From positions 39,866,001-39,930,000 of the forward strand of contig NC_135808.1 of assembly GCF_964213995.1 (NCBI RefSeq): a stretch of DNA of 64,000 nucleotides. The letters run 5' to 3'. A model generated the notes under the pieces. The model was not told where the DNA came from. It was given only the letters and a program-made list of their open reading frames with translations, and ran no database searches. The translations under genes and the position numbers were made by a program. This document shows, piece by piece, positions 10,126 to 23,790 of this stretch. Source of the stretch: Mustelus asterias. Its lineage: Eukaryota. How positions within the stretch are numbered: position 1 is the first letter of the stretch; every line of letters starts with the position of its first letter.

Positions 10126-11036
10126 TCAACTTAGTGGCGATTGTGATCCTGTCTCGGGGCAAGTGCGGACTTTCGAAATGTGTCAATCACTACCTGATGG
10201 CCATGGCAGCGTCTGATCTACCGGTTGTTATCTTCGATCTGATATTGAGACACATTACTGCTCTTCATTATTTTATGCGTTCCTTTTTTTATTCCATTCC
10301 TGTGTGTAATATCCACGCCGTCATACTTTACGCAGTCACAGATTGCTCAGTCTGGTTCACCGTCCTATTTACATTTGATCGATTTGTTGCCATTTGTTGC
10401 CAGAATCTGAAATCTAAATATTGCAATGAGAAAACGGCAAAAATAATTATCGGAGTAGTGACTGTGCTGAGCTGTCTCAAGAACGTTATTTGGTACTTCA
10501 TGTATACAAGTAAATATTCGCTTGTCAATGACCCCTGGTTTTGTTTCGTTGATAGCAGTATTCGTATGTCGCTGGTATGGAGAATAATTGAACTTGTCCA
10601 TTATCTTTTCACCCCCTGTATCCCATTTGTCCTTATTCTACTGTTCAATGTTTTAACTGTCAGGCACATCATAGCTGTCAATATGGTCCGCCAGAGACTC
10701 CGGGGCCAACGTAGTGGAGAGAATCAAAATGATCCAGAGGTGGAGAGCCGGAAAAAATCCATCATTATAATGTTTGCAGTATCCGGGAATTTCATATTGT
10801 TGTGGGCTGCTTTTCTGACCTATTCCGTCTCTTATACAATCAGATGGTTAAAAATTACTTCTGGATTTTTACATTACATAGTTAGAGAGATGGGATTTAT
10901 ACTTCAGCTTCTCAGCTGCTGCACCAACACTTGTATTTATGCAATGACACAATCTAAATTCAGAGTGCAGTTCAAGAATATAATGAAATACCCTTTGGTT
11001 CTATTTGTTAAATTTCTTGTTAAAATAGTTATTTAG
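10126..11036 (+). CDS. GPR139/GPR142-like class A GPCR, exon 2 (TM1 end to C-terminus; 343 aa in total)
   Basis: TGCAG acceptor and an open frame with 7TM hydrophobicity. Motifs: TM2 YLMAMAASDL, TM3 Cys...TFDRFVAIC, ECL2 PWFC, TM6 FILLW, TM7 CCTNTCIY, helix 8 FRVQFK. Confidence 0.92.
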
Positions 11037-11439
11037 CCACAAAGAAAATCCTTTGTGACCTGAGAATTCTGCATACTCAGAAATGAATCGCATCTGATGG
11101 TAATGTGTATAAATTAGAAAACTCCCAGAGACCTTCAGAGAGCGTGAGAAATGAGAAACGGAGTGGATACATATAAAGAATACGTCAACTTATCGTAAAA
11201 AGACCAACTGAAGTTTAGGTTGCCACTGTTACGAGCAGAGTCGGTTTTAAAGAGACTTAAATTCTTGAGAAATGTAGTGTGGAAGATTTGAAACATTTCA
11301 GTGAAGGCTTCCCCATCCACAGTTGAAGAGTCAAAGACTAAGTCGTGGAATCTAAAATTTTAGATGATGGAGAGTGATCATAGGGAGACAGACTACCATC
11401 TGACAAGTCGTTGGGAATGGAGGTTAGTAAGATCCATAG

Positions 11440-12100
11440 AGATGGTCAATCAGGATTCAAGGTGGGCAGAGGTTGGCGGTTCAGCATTGAAACTATTGGT
11501 GTTGATGCAGTGAGGTAGATGAGTCGTCGGCAATCTGTGATTGGAACAGAATCTCGAAAGCATGGCCGTCAAGTATATTTATGAGAATGTAGAGGAAGAA
11601 AAATCGATTAGAGAAAGGATTATCAATAAATGGGAAACAATGGGATGTTTTTCAGGAGATGGTAACAATGATGTTTCTGAAGACTACAGATTGTGATATC
11701 CGTTCAATAAGACGAGGGAAGAAGGGGACGTTTGGAATAGTTAGAAGCTGTGAAGGGAAGAGATGGGATGGGCAGGTAATTGATCTGAAGGAGAAAATGA
11801 ATATGTATTGAATATAAGAACACAGAAAAACGAATTGAACATTGAACGGTAGATGCATAGCAGTTGCATGAAACTGAGGTTGAATATCGAAGGCTGTTGC
11901 AAGACTCGGTGTTTAGATATTTGGGGAAGTGACTGTGGACGCGGAGGTTGACAGAGATTTTGTTGCTCCAGAAACTGCCAGAGGAAGTGAATTAAACCGA
12001 AAAACGCTGCTCAAGCAATCACGGGCCGATTGCCAAAAGGACAGGAAACTGATTGAGTGAATGGGCAGGGAAATTATTTTTAATCCCAGAGACACGCAGA
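11440..12100 (-). mobile_element. Very old L2-like LINE relic
   Basis: Purine-rich on the + strand, with a degenerate reverse 'ADD..Y' RT motif near 11515-11535. A paralogous relic lies at about 62160-62560. Confidence 0.4.
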
Positions 12101-12899
12101 TAAAATGTTTTTGTTCCTGACATTAGCAGAGCAACCAGAGTAATCAGATTCCAGAATTGAAATCAACTGCAACAACAACTCTTGTTTCTATCGAACCTTT
12201 TTGGATACATAAACATCACCAGTCGTTTCAACAGCGCATTGGAAAGAAAAACTAACAGTATGGCATCTCAAGGTATAAGGTAATTTCCAGGCCGATCGAC
12301 TCAAACTTGGTTAGATGAATGGGTTTTAAGGCATGTTACGAGGAAGATCTTGTGTTAGACAAACGGAATTTTTAGGGAGTGAATTCTGCGCTCAGAACAT
12401 TGAGAATTTGAAGCACGGCCACCAAGCCTCGAACAATTAAATAAAAACTGTTCAAGAGGACAGGATCAGATAATCCCAGATATCTATGAAAGTTGTAAGG
12501 ATGTGAGAGATTGCAGAGAGAAGGAGACGATGATTTGCCAAGGGAGGCACTATCGGTCAGGGAGTACGGCGTGATGGGCTAGGTAAAAGTGAGGATGGGG
12601 CAGCAGAACTTTGCATGATTCAAGTTTATGACACGCAGAATGTGAAATGCCAGTCAGGAATGTGTTCCCAGATGCAAACGTATCTACTGCTTGTAATGTA
12701 TCACCTACAGTCATCCTGATTTCAAATAAAATGATAAAAAACATCATGCTTTACCAGGTCTCCGAGTGAATCTTTTTGTGCTTATTCACCAACTAGATAC
12801 TTTTGAAGTGCTGTCGCTGCGGATGATTGGACTACTATTTTGTGTAAGGCAAGGTTGCACATTTTGATTCGAACTTTTGTTCTGAATGTTCAAAAATAA

Positions 12900-14295
12900 T
12901 TACCTTTTGGGTCCATTTATTGTACTCATATTTTGACAGTTGATAACTCTATTTTCACTTTCTTACCTTTTATTTTTTCGCATATTGTTCTCACATTCAT
13001 CTCACATTTCAATCTATGCATTTTCAATGAACTTTGGCACGTTTTTTTCTGATTCGTTGAAAACATTTTAATCTTTTTCGCTTTAAATATTTTGATGAGA
13101 AAAAGATTCATTTGCCTCCATTTCCAATTGAAATTTCGAACATTTTCTTTGGCAAGTTTAAAGGTTATCTTACTGATTATTGCATGGCTTCTTCCGATTT
13201 TTAGTCAACTGATTATCTTGATTTGGCACATTCCCCACACGGTAAGCGTATGTTTTTGTGGATACATCAAACAATTGCCGTCTGTTTTATGTTGATGTTT
13301 TCTTAAGCGATACTCATGCATGTCATTCTGCAGATCTCAATGACAATTTCATCAAATTTCAAATTTGGAATTATTCTCACATGTTTCACTTGATGTATTC
13401 TTTAGCTTTCGAGCAATTTTCAATGTTTTGAATTCGACACACATTCGACACACATTCAACGCACTCTTCACAATTTTCAAATATTTCTCACAATTTTGGG
13501 CAAGGTGCTCCTGTTTTAATTTTCTGTATTTCACAAAGTATTCTCAATTTTTTCAATATGAATGGATTTTACACATATTTCTGACAATCGAAAAGTTTTA
13601 ATTTCACTGGTTGTTCTCACGTGGTTCACTCTTTGAATATTGCCAATTCTCCTCATTATCATTTTTTTCAATTATTCTGACAGTTTTCTCCATCTTTCTG
13701 GCATATTCTATTTCAAATAATGTTTTCGCATTTTAATGTTTCGAAATATGCACACATTTTGCTGCTTTTTCACTTCAAATAACTCTTACATTTTGCCTTG
13801 CTGAGTTTAAAAACAGTTCTACCATCGGCATTTTCCCTTTTCTGGCATTTTAAAATCACTGAATATTCCACATGCATTCCCATTTACAGCGGGGTTAGTC
13901 TAACATTTGTCAGCATTTCCACCTTTGAGTTACTAAATCATTTTTCTCATTTTCTTTTCATTCTCAGAATTATCTTTGTATTTTCATGTTCACGCTCATT
14001 TTTGATCAACTTTTCAAACTTTAAAGGTCTTCAAATTTTGATATCATTTTTGGTCAATGAAATTTTCAAATATTTTGGACAGATTTTTTTCTCATTTCAA
14101 CCCATTGAAATTTGCTCACTGTTTCGCATTTGGAACTCTTTAAAGTCGGAAGCATTTCTCTTACTTTCACTGTGATTCTTTTGTCACCCTTTTCTTGTTT
14201 CTTTGACGCTTTGAATTTTTCACGTTGATTCCACGTTCCACTCCTCAAATTTCAACACATTTATCTTCTAACTGCTGTCTCTCTCTCAGCAGCCC
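12900..14295. repeat. Unclassified T-rich strand-biased repeat, copy 1
   Basis: Rich in TTTTCA/TTCTCA. It is colinear with 31700-33325 and both copies end CTGTCTCT(C/T)CTCAGCAG. Confidence 0.65.
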
Positions 14296-14384
14296 ATGAC
14301 TACTATTACAACGGTATCATCAAATTACGTCTGTCTATTTTCTATCTCCGTCTCTGCATCAACATCGATGTTTCAGCCGACGGC

Positions 14385-16186
14385 ATCTCCCTGGCCCGAC
14401 ACTCAATCCTGAAACACCCAGATAGCAAAGACACCTATGTCAGACTCCGATTTATAGACTACAGCTCAGCCTTTAACACCATTATTCCTACGAGACATAT
14501 CTCCAAACTTCATGGCCTGGGCTGGGCTCCTTCCTCTGCAACTGGATCCTAGACTTCCGAAGCCGCAGACTGCAGTCAGTAAGGATTGGCAACAACACCT
14601 CCTCCACGATCATCCTCACGATGCTCTGCAAGGCTGTGTCCTCAGCCCCTTGCTATAATCCTTTGACTGCATGGCCAAATTCCCCCCCCCCCCCCCCAAC
14701 TCGCTTTTCAAGTTTACTGATGATAGCACTGTTGTGGTTCGGATCTCAAGCAATGACAAGACAGCGTGCAGGGAAGAGATACAGAATCTAGTGAACTGGT
14801 GCGAGACAATGATCTGTCGCTCAATGTCAAGACGAAGAGGGAGATAGTCATTAACATCAGGAACTGTAATGGATGGCATGCCCCTGCGTACATCATTGGG
14901 TACGAAGTAGAAATGGTCAAGAGCTTGTACGCGGACACAAATTTCTGTGATTCCTTAGATTAAATATTTCTTAGAATAAAATCAAATAAATGAAACAGGA
15001 CAAAACAGCACCCAGGCACAAAGTGTGAACAGACAAGCAGGTCTTTTAAAATGCAGAAACAAGGTTGACAAAAGGACTCAGGAACTCACATTAGCATACC
15101 CTTCCATTTAATTAAATTGGCTCCAAGGATATCAGGAAGCCCTTATCAAACAATTCAGAAGGTCTCCGAGACTTGGAAGACTTCCTGATATCCAATTAAA
15201 TACCTATTATATAAGAAACCACGGGGAGATTCGAGTCCATTGATAAACCCATCGGACAGCAACGATTACCATACCTAAACATTGATACTGTACTTAAAAC
15301 ATCAAACAGAATGGTCAGAGTCAAATACTGTAAACAAAACATTAACACTTGAATCATACAACGTGTCAAAGTCCGAGTATAACTGTAGCCCATTGCGGCA
15401 GGCTTTCAGAGTGCTTTCGGGACAGTGCCGTTTGTATGTCCTGATTGCACCTCCGTCGACGTTAATAAAGCTGTACCGCTGTTGAACCTGACTCTGAGTC
15501 CGAAGTGGTCGTGTTCGCCCACTCGCGCTAACAAGCTTCAGGTTTTTAAATGTCCAGATCACCACCAACCTGTCCTGGTCCCTCCATGCAGATGCTATGG
15601 TTAAGAAAGCTCACCAACGCCTTTACTTTCTCAGGAGACGAAGGAAATTTGGCATGTCTGCTACAACTCTCACCAACTTCGAAAGATGCACCATAGAAAG
15701 CTATATTACTGGTTGTATCATGCTCCTGCTCAGGCTCTTGCTCTGCCCAAGGCTGCAAGGAACTACAAAGGGTCGTGAATGATGCCTAGTGCATCACTCA
15801 ATCTTGCCTCCCTTCCATTGACACCGTCTAAACTTCCCTCTGCCTCAGAAAAATAGCCAACATAATCAAGGACCCCACGCACTCCGAACATATTCTGTTT
15901 CACCTCCTTCCCATGGGAAAAAGATGCAAAAGTCTGAGATCACGTACCAACTGACTCAAAACAGGTTCTTCCCTGCTGCCATCAGACTTTTGAATGGACC
16001 TCCCTCGTATTAAGTTGATCTTTCTCTACATCGTAGCTCTGAACCTAACACGACATTGTGCACTCTCTCCTTTCCTTCTGTATGAATGGTATGCTTTGTC
16101 TGTATAGTGTGCAAAAAGCAATACTTTTCTCTGTATACTAATACACGTGACAATAATAAATCAAATCAAATGAAATCAAATCAAAT
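14385..16186 (+). mobile_element. Rex1/Babar-like LINE, 3' part, split by a solo LTR
   Basis: [25 protein letters not shown] and VKKAHQRLYFLRR motifs; ends GTGACAATAATAAA(TCAAA)n. Confidence 0.85.
14926..15533 (+). mobile_element. Solo LTR, 608 bp
   Basis: TG...CA ends, perfect AGCT TSD (14922-14925 and 15534-15537), TATATAA at 15208 and AATAAA at 15464. Removing it restores the LINE frame VKSFRFL. Confidence 0.9.
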
Positions 16187-16510
16187 AATTGGCGAGGATT
16201 GCACATGCAAATCATTCCAAACAAATCTTTGTTGCATCACATGTCAATGACTGCATGTCTAATCAACTCTGAAATATTGCATTGCTAATCATGTGATCAG
16301 ACAGCTTGAAGACAGTCAAATTTAACTATTCGTTTTCCACTATGGTTAAAAAATTACACTTCAAATGAGGGTAGTAATTGCAGGAACAGTTTGCTAACGT
16401 TTTCCCAATATTTGACAAGATGTCATTAATGCTGATTATCTATCCATTGGTTAACTATTCTGATATTTCAAAATTCACTGTTCACACTCTAATCCTAAAA
16501 ACAATATCGC

Positions 16511-16845
16511 GCTCAGTAGCAGGAAGCTATGGTGATTCTTGTCGCTAACCTCAAATAACATAACAGAGATCAAGAACAGGAAATTGTGCAAAATCCTACC
16601 TCTAACCCACAATAACTATATAGAGATAAGGACCCTGTGCTGATTCCTCTCTCTAACCAAGGGCAATAGTATAAACGACATGAGCAGGAAACTGGGCTGA
16701 TTTCTCTCTCTAACCGAAGAGAACTGGGTTGATTTATCACTCTAACCGAAGATAACTGCATAGATTTAAGGAGCAGGCACCTGCGCTGATGCCTCTTGTT
16801 AACCCTGGATAACTGTGCCGAGACCAGAAGTAGGAATCCCTACTG
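16511..16845 (+). repeat. Paralogous ~58-bp intronic minisatellite (GPCR copy 2)
   Basis: Same CTCTAACC..GATAACT..GAGCAGGAA..GCTGAT units as 9371-9725. Confidence 0.85.
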
Positions 16846-17265
16846 TTTCCGTCCGTCATAAATGCACTTACTTAAAACTTTATGATGGACGGCCAGAACA
16901 TTTGCCTGGTGATTCTGGATATTATATTTCCTGTTTTCTATTTACCTCTTTTGCAAATATATCCTAAAGATTGAGATATTGCTTCATTATTTTTCAGTTG
17001 ATGATTGATTATTTTTTATATGAATTCCAATTCATTTATGTCATAGTTTGTTGCTGCCATTCATTTATGTTGTTGCTTAACTTATTGTTTAATATTGATT
17101 TGCAGTAAAATCAGTCTTGAACAGAAAGAGCTGTCAAATGGATATTAATTAGATTCATCAATGAATTGTGTCAAAATTTCCGCTTTTCATCCCATCATTC
17201 ATGAAACCATTGCGTTTGCTCCCAGGCTCCTGTACAATTGTCTTGTTTATTCCTCGATCATACAG

Positions 17266-18165
17266 TCAACTTAATGACGATTGTGATCCTGTCTCTTGGC
17301 AAGTACGAACACCTCAAATGTGCCACTCACCACTTGGTGGCCATAACAGCATCGAATCTCCTCTTTGTTATCATTGCCCTGATACTGAGACAATCCACGC
17401 TCTTCATTGTGTTGAATTTTATTTTTGATGTCCAATGGGCTGCGATATTCTCCTTTATGCAGTCACTGGCTGTTCTGTCTGATTCAACGTTATATTTGCC
17501 TTTGACTTACTTGTAGCCATTTGTTGCCGGAGGTTGAGGGCTAAACATTGCAACGAGAAAACAACAACTCCAGTGAAACGAATAGCGACTGTGTTGAAGT
17601 GTCTCAAGAACAATTCTGGTACTTTATATACACCAGCGAATATATTTACTCGCCAATGACCCCTGGATTTGTCATGTAATACCGAGTGTTTGTTATGCAC
17701 TGCTCTGGAGCGTAATTGAATGTGTTCATCTTGTTTCTAATCCCTGTATCCCATTTATCCTCATCTTACTGTTCAATGTTTTAACCATCGCTCACATGAT
17801 AGCTGCCAACATAGACTGCCAGAGACTCCAGGGCCAGTGGAGTGCAGACAATCAAAATGATCCAGAAATGAATAACTGTAAAAAAAATCCATCATTGTAA
17901 TGTTTGCTGTATCGAGGAATTTTAAGTTATTATGGGCTGTTTTACCGCATAGTTTGTCTGTTACCAAATGTGATGGCTGGGGTACCAGTCTATAAGACTA
18001 TAAGATTCCATTGTTACAGAAATTGGGTTTATACTTAAGCTTCCAAGTAACTGCACCAATACTTGTAATTATGCAATGACGCAAACTAAATTCAGAGTGG
18101 AGTTAAAGGAGATTATGAAATACCCTTTAGTTGTATTTTTAAGGTTAAAGCAGGTCTTCAGCAAA
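17266..18165 (+). pseudogene. GPR139-like GPCR pseudogene (copy 2, exon 2 only)
   Basis: TACAG acceptor, NLMTIVILSLGK..., through MTQTKFRVELKEIMKYP. TGA at 17480 plus several frameshifts. No exon 1 was found upstream. Confidence 0.92.
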
Positions 18166-18564
18166 AACAAAAATGCCTTCCTTTGTGACATACTCATTGT
18201 AAACTATATTCAAACAGTAACATTATCAAATATTCGTGTCTTTAAATTAGAAAGCGCCCAAATGCATTTAGAGAGAGTGACAAACAAATAAATAGTTGAT
18301 ACTTGAATATAATTGATCAAATGAACGTAAAAATTATAACTCAATTTTTGGTTGAGAGTATTGCGCGTGGATTTGGAATATGTTTGATTCAAAATGGCTT
18401 CAAAATCTTGGGAAGGAAGCTGGAAAGGTGAACTTGAAGGTTGGCAAAGCAGCAGTAATAGGCATTCGGCACATAGAGCCTGTCAGCATTCAATATGACC
18501 ATGACTGATCCTCTATCAGTATTTCACCATAAAGGAATGGATGCTAACTCACTATGTGCTGTAC

Positions 18565-21500
18565 AATGTTCGCTGTGACCAGGATCAAGATTCCCGAAGG
18601 TTGAGTTGCCTGCCTGATGTGCGAGTTCGGGATATCTCATGTGTGATGCAGAGGACTTGGAGTGGGAGGGTAAAGGTCCAGTTGACATAGTCCATGTAGG
18701 TACTAATGACAGAGGTAGAACATGAACAAAGTTTCTGCTCAGGGAGTATGAACAGCTAGGAGCTAAACTAAAAAGCAGAACCAAAAAGATAATTTTCTCT
18801 GGATTACTACCTGAGCCACAAGCTAATTGGCACAGGGTCAATAAGATTAAGGAGGTAAATGCGTGGCTCAGAGATTGGTGTGGGAGGCATGGGTTTGAAT
18901 TCATGGGGCATTAGCACCAGTACTGGGGAAGAGGGGACCTGTTCCGGTGGGATGGTCTTCATTTGAATCATGCTGGGACCAGAGTCCTGATGAATCGTAT
19001 AACTAGGGCTGTGGATAGGGCTTTAAACTAAACAGTTGGGAGGAGAGTTCAGTTTTATGGCGAGTTAGAAAATGAATGTTAAGGAGAGGGTAGAAATGCA
19101 GTTTGATGATGAAGGCTTTCAACCAGTTAAAGGAGCCGAGGGCTCACGTGAGGTTAATAAAGTTTCCAGACCATGTAATAGAACCGAGAGTATAGAAGGT
19201 GGCAGGAATCTAACTTCAGGCAGAGCAAAAAAGATGACAAGTATGAGAAATCAATGCAGGACTGATGGTATTGTACCGAAGTGCGCGCAGCATACAGAAC
19301 AATGTAAATGAGCTTGTTGCGCACATTGAAATTGGCCAGTACAATGTTGTGGGCATCACAGAGATGGGTTGCAAGGGGATCAGGGCTGGGATCTAAATAT
19401 CCAAGGATATGCGTCCTATCGAAAGGATTGACAGATGGCAAAGGGGCGGGGTTGCATTGTTGGAAGGAATGAAGTTAAATCGATAGCAAAAGTGATACAG
19501 GATCAAAAGGCATCGAATCTCTGTGGGTAGAGTTGAGGAATTGCAAAGATAAAAAGGCCCTGATGGGAGTTATGTACAGGCCCCCTAGCAGTCGTCAGTA
19601 TGTGGGACAAAAATTAAATCAGGAGATAGAAGAGGCATATAAAAAATTAATATTACAATTATCATGGAGGATTTTGTTATGCAGGTGGACTGGGAAAATC
19701 ATGTGGGTAGTGGATTGCAAGAAAATGAATTTGTGGAATGTCTAAGAGATTTTTTTTGGAGCAGCTCGTGACAGAGCCTACGAGGGAACATGTGATGTGT
19801 AATGAGGCAGACTTGATTAGGGAACTTAAGATGAATGAACCCTTCGGGAGCAGTGACCACATATGATAGAATTTAGGGAGATGCTGGAATCAGATGTGAC
19901 AGTATTACCATTAAATAAAGGTAACTACAAAGACATGAGGGAGAAGTGGCCGGAGTTGATTGGAAAGGGAGCCGAGCAGGGAAGACAGTGGAACAGCAAT
20001 GGCAGGGTTTGGGTGTTATTCGGCAGGCACCACAGAAATTCATCTCAAGGAGGAGGAAACATGCTAAGAGGAGAACGAGGCATTCATGGCTGACGAGAGA
20101 AGTCAAGGACAGCATAAAAGCAAAAGAAAAAGCATGCAAAGTGGCGAGGATTAGTGGGAAGCCAGAGGATTGGGAAGCCCTTTAAAGCGAGCAGAGGATA
20201 ATTAAAAAAGCAATAAGGGGGAGAAGATGGAAATATAAAAGAAGACAGGAAGAGTTTTTTTCAATATATAAAAGATAAGAGAGAGGCAAAAATAGACAAT
20301 GGACCACTGGAAAATGAGACTGGAGAAGGAATAATAGGAAATAAAGAAATGGCAGAGGAACTAAATAGTTACTTTGCATCAGTCTTCACGGTGGAAGACA
20401 TCAGTGGGATGCCAGAGCTCCAGGAGAATCAGGGGACACAGGTGAGTGTAGTGGCCATCACTAAGAGTAGGTTCTTGGGAAACTGAAAGATCTGAAGGTG
20501 AACAAGTCACCTGGAATGGATGGACTACACTCCAGGATTCTAAAAGAGATAGCTGAGGAATTTGTGGAGGCATTGGTGGTGTTCTTTCAGGAATCACTGG
20601 AGGCAGGGAGGGTCCCAAAGGACTGGAAAGTAGTTAACGTAACACCGCTGTTTAAGAAGGGAGCGAGGCAGCAGATGGGAAATTATAGGCCGGTTAGCCT
20701 GACATTCGGTCATTGGCAAGATTTTAGAATCCATTATTAAAGATGAGATTGCGGAGTACTTGGACATGCATGATAAAATAGGACTCAGTCAGCATGGCTT
20801 TATCAAGGGGAAGTCATTTCTTCTTTGAGGAAGTAACAAAGAAATTAGGTAAAGGAGAATAAGTCAGAAGAGGTGATTTATTTAGACTTCCAAAAGGCCT
20901 CTGGCAAGGTGTCGCATCGGAGACTGTTATATATGTTAAGACCCATGGTGTTATGGGTAAGATCCTGACATGGATGGAGGATTGACTGACTGGCAGAAGG
21001 CAGAGAGTGGGAACAAAGGCGTCTTTTTCTGGATGGCAGTGGTGACGAGTGCTGTCCATCAGGGGTCATTGCTGGGACCACAACTTTTCACGATATACAT
21101 TAACGACTTGGAAGAAGGAACTAAAGGCACTGTTGCTAAGTTTGCAGATGATACAAAGATATGTAGAGGGAGAAGTAGTACTGAGGAAACCGGGGTGGGA
21201 GGCGGGAGGGCGGGGGGTGGGGGAGTGGTGGGCTGCAGAAGAACTTGGACAGGTTAGTAGAGAGGGCAAAGAAGTGGTAGATGGAATACAATGTGGAAAA
21301 GCGTGAGGTTATGCACTTTGGAAGGACTTTGGAAAGACTATTTTCGAAATGGGGAAATGCTTCGGAAGTGAAAAACACAAAGGGACTTTGGCGTCCTTGT
21401 TTAAAATTCTCTTAAGGTTAACAAGCAGGTTCAGCTGGCAGTTAGGAAGGAAAATGCAATGTTAGTGTTCATATCGAAAGGGCTAGAAGACAAGAGCAAG

Positions 21501-22085
21501 GATGTACTTCTGAGGCTGCATAAGGCTCTGGTCAGACCCCATTTGGAGTTTTGTGAGCAGTTTTGGCCCCTGTATCTAAAGAAGGATGTGTTGGCCTTGG
21601 AAAGGGTCCAGAGGAGGTTCACAAGAATGATTCCTGGAATGAAGAGCTTGTCACATGAGGAACGGTTGAGGACTCTGGGTCTGTACTCGGTGGAGTTTAG
21701 AAGGATGAGGGGGATCTGCGAGGCCTGGATAGAGTGGACATTGAGAGGATGTTTCCACTAGTAGGAAAAGCTAGACACAGATGGCACAACCTCAGGCTAA
21801 AGGGACGATCCTTTAAAACAGAGATGAGGAGGAATTTCTTCAGCCAGAGAGTGGTGAATCTGTGGAACTCTGTGCCACAGAAGGCTGTGGAGGCCAGGTC
21901 ATTGAGTGCCTTTAAGACGGAGATGAGATAGATAGGTTCTTGATTAATAAGGGGATCAGGAGTTATGGGGAAAAGGCAGGAGAATGGGGATGAGAAAAAT
22001 ATCAGCCATGAATGAATAGCAGAGCAGACTCCATGGGTCGAGTGTCCTAATTCTGCTCCTATATCTTATGGTCTTATAGTCTATG
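18565..22085 (+). mobile_element. CR1 LINE, 5'-truncated within the ORF1 esterase, degraded
   Basis: HVGTND/DGLH esterase motifs, APE endonuclease, RT ([18 protein letters not shown]) and a TCTTATGG-type tail. Confidence 0.93.
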
Positions 22086-23429
22086 GACAGAGTATTCAGA
22101 ATTATTCAGTAGCCGGATAAATTAGGCATATGAAAGGAAATAACGTGGTGGAAATAACGTTGTGGGTGTAGGACAAAGACCACTGTTGGATGTAGAAGAA
22201 GTCGGTTGAAACACATGTTATATTCTACCATCTGGATGTAACCTCGACTCAATAATTATTGGATCACTATTTGATGATTGCATTGTTTATGATATGGTTG
22301 CTCTGGAATCATTCATCTGTTTGGCCAATTTTCATGTGGTGGACAAACTACAATAGATGTTATCAGATCAACCATCTGTTCTACGTTTCTCTCGATGTTT
22401 ATTTTTCTTCATTGAAATCATAATCAGTCGGAAATAATGATGCTGAGATGATCCAATGTCTCTCATTTTGTGATATTGCCCAATTTTTCATTTTATTTCC
22501 AATGAAAGAAACACGGCCACGTTATCTACAGTTTGCACCATTCCTCATTGTTGATCTAACGCATGGTCATCTTAGGTTACCTCGTGGAGCGGATTATATG
22601 CCCCAGGTGAAACTTGAGCCTTTCCCTCCACCACCTATCCCCATCCCCACCACCAGAATTAGCTTTCGAAAATTAATATTGTGAGTAAGTAAGAATGCTG
22701 CAGTTATAATTACAGATTTATGTTACATGAGAAAGGAAAATATTATTTTATTGATTGTGCATTCTCTTTGCTCCACACTGTTGGCCTAGAGATCTATTGG
22801 AAGAAACACACCTCATAATATGTGATAATCCTCAAATGAGGCAATGCTATGATTTGCACAAGTCAGTCGATGATTTTGTGTGCAATTTACATAATCACTC
22901 AACCATTTCCAGAGTAGGCCAGATGAAATTAAATTATTTACTGTGAGCAACTTGCTCACAGTTTTGCAATATCACGTTGATTTGCTCATTTGTGAAATTG
23001 CTGCCTAAATAGATTTAGCAAGATAATATGAAATAATAAGAAAGACTGCCTTGTGAAAACATAGAAATCTGTATCTGTCAGTATATGCAGACGTGTAATC
23101 AGTCGATTCTAGACCTTTCATTCACACTGCTGTAACCCGTGTGCTTATTGACTTGAATTCATGAATAGCTAATTGAGCTTTTTATGTCCCAAAAATGTTG
23201 TCGCTCTCAGGGGCCTTCACGTTTGCCTCGTGGTTTCACGGCTCTGTTACTTCTTGTGTTTTCCCATTAATTGTAGGAAAGGTACACTCTATCACTGTGT
23301 TATCTATAGCTTGGTGCGAAAAACCTAGGAAATGTCCTTCCATTCTATGGCAGCTATTTACTGTCCCGATAACATAAACTGGACTCGTTGTGAAACTGGT
23401 TACCAATTCCCTACGAGCTGGTCTGGCAG

Positions 23430-23790
23430 TGCTCAATGTTTTGACCACCAGACATATAGTGTGGGGCAACAGACTGAAGAGGACACTCCAATAAAGTAAC
23501 AATACTGAGGATCACAATGATTTACCGATGGAGAACAGAAGGAAATCGATCTGATGCATATCTCTAATTGATTTCTATTGTTATCGATGTTCTGTGCACA
23601 ATTTGGCGGCATTCAATTTCAGTGGAGAGTTTATAATGGCCCGCTCGCCACCATGGAGCACAATGGATGCACGCTTCAATGTTTGCATTCATGCACAGAC
23701 ACATTTACCTGTGCAGTGGCTCAGGCTGAATTCAGAGAGGAATTGAAGAATGTCATTAAATATCCAATGACTCTAATGACGTTAGGTTAC
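23430..23790 (+). pseudogene. Highly decayed GPR139-like GPCR relic (copy 3, TM5 to helix 8)
   Basis: LNVLTTRHIVWGNRLKRTLQ*SNNTEDHNDLPMENRRKSI and LQCLHSCTDTFTCAVAQAEFREELKNVIKYP align to the intact protein. Confidence 0.8.

Noticed and set aside
13798-14175. Hydrophobic ORF resembling a membrane protein (also 31949-32356)
   Set aside because: Phe/Leu/Ile richness follows from T-bias, and the frames are not conserved between the two copies of the repeat.
22580-22690. Possible exon 1 of GPCR copy 3 (VERI.. followed by GTGAGT/GTAAGT)
   Set aside because: Similarity is limited to a few codons and cannot be told from chance.
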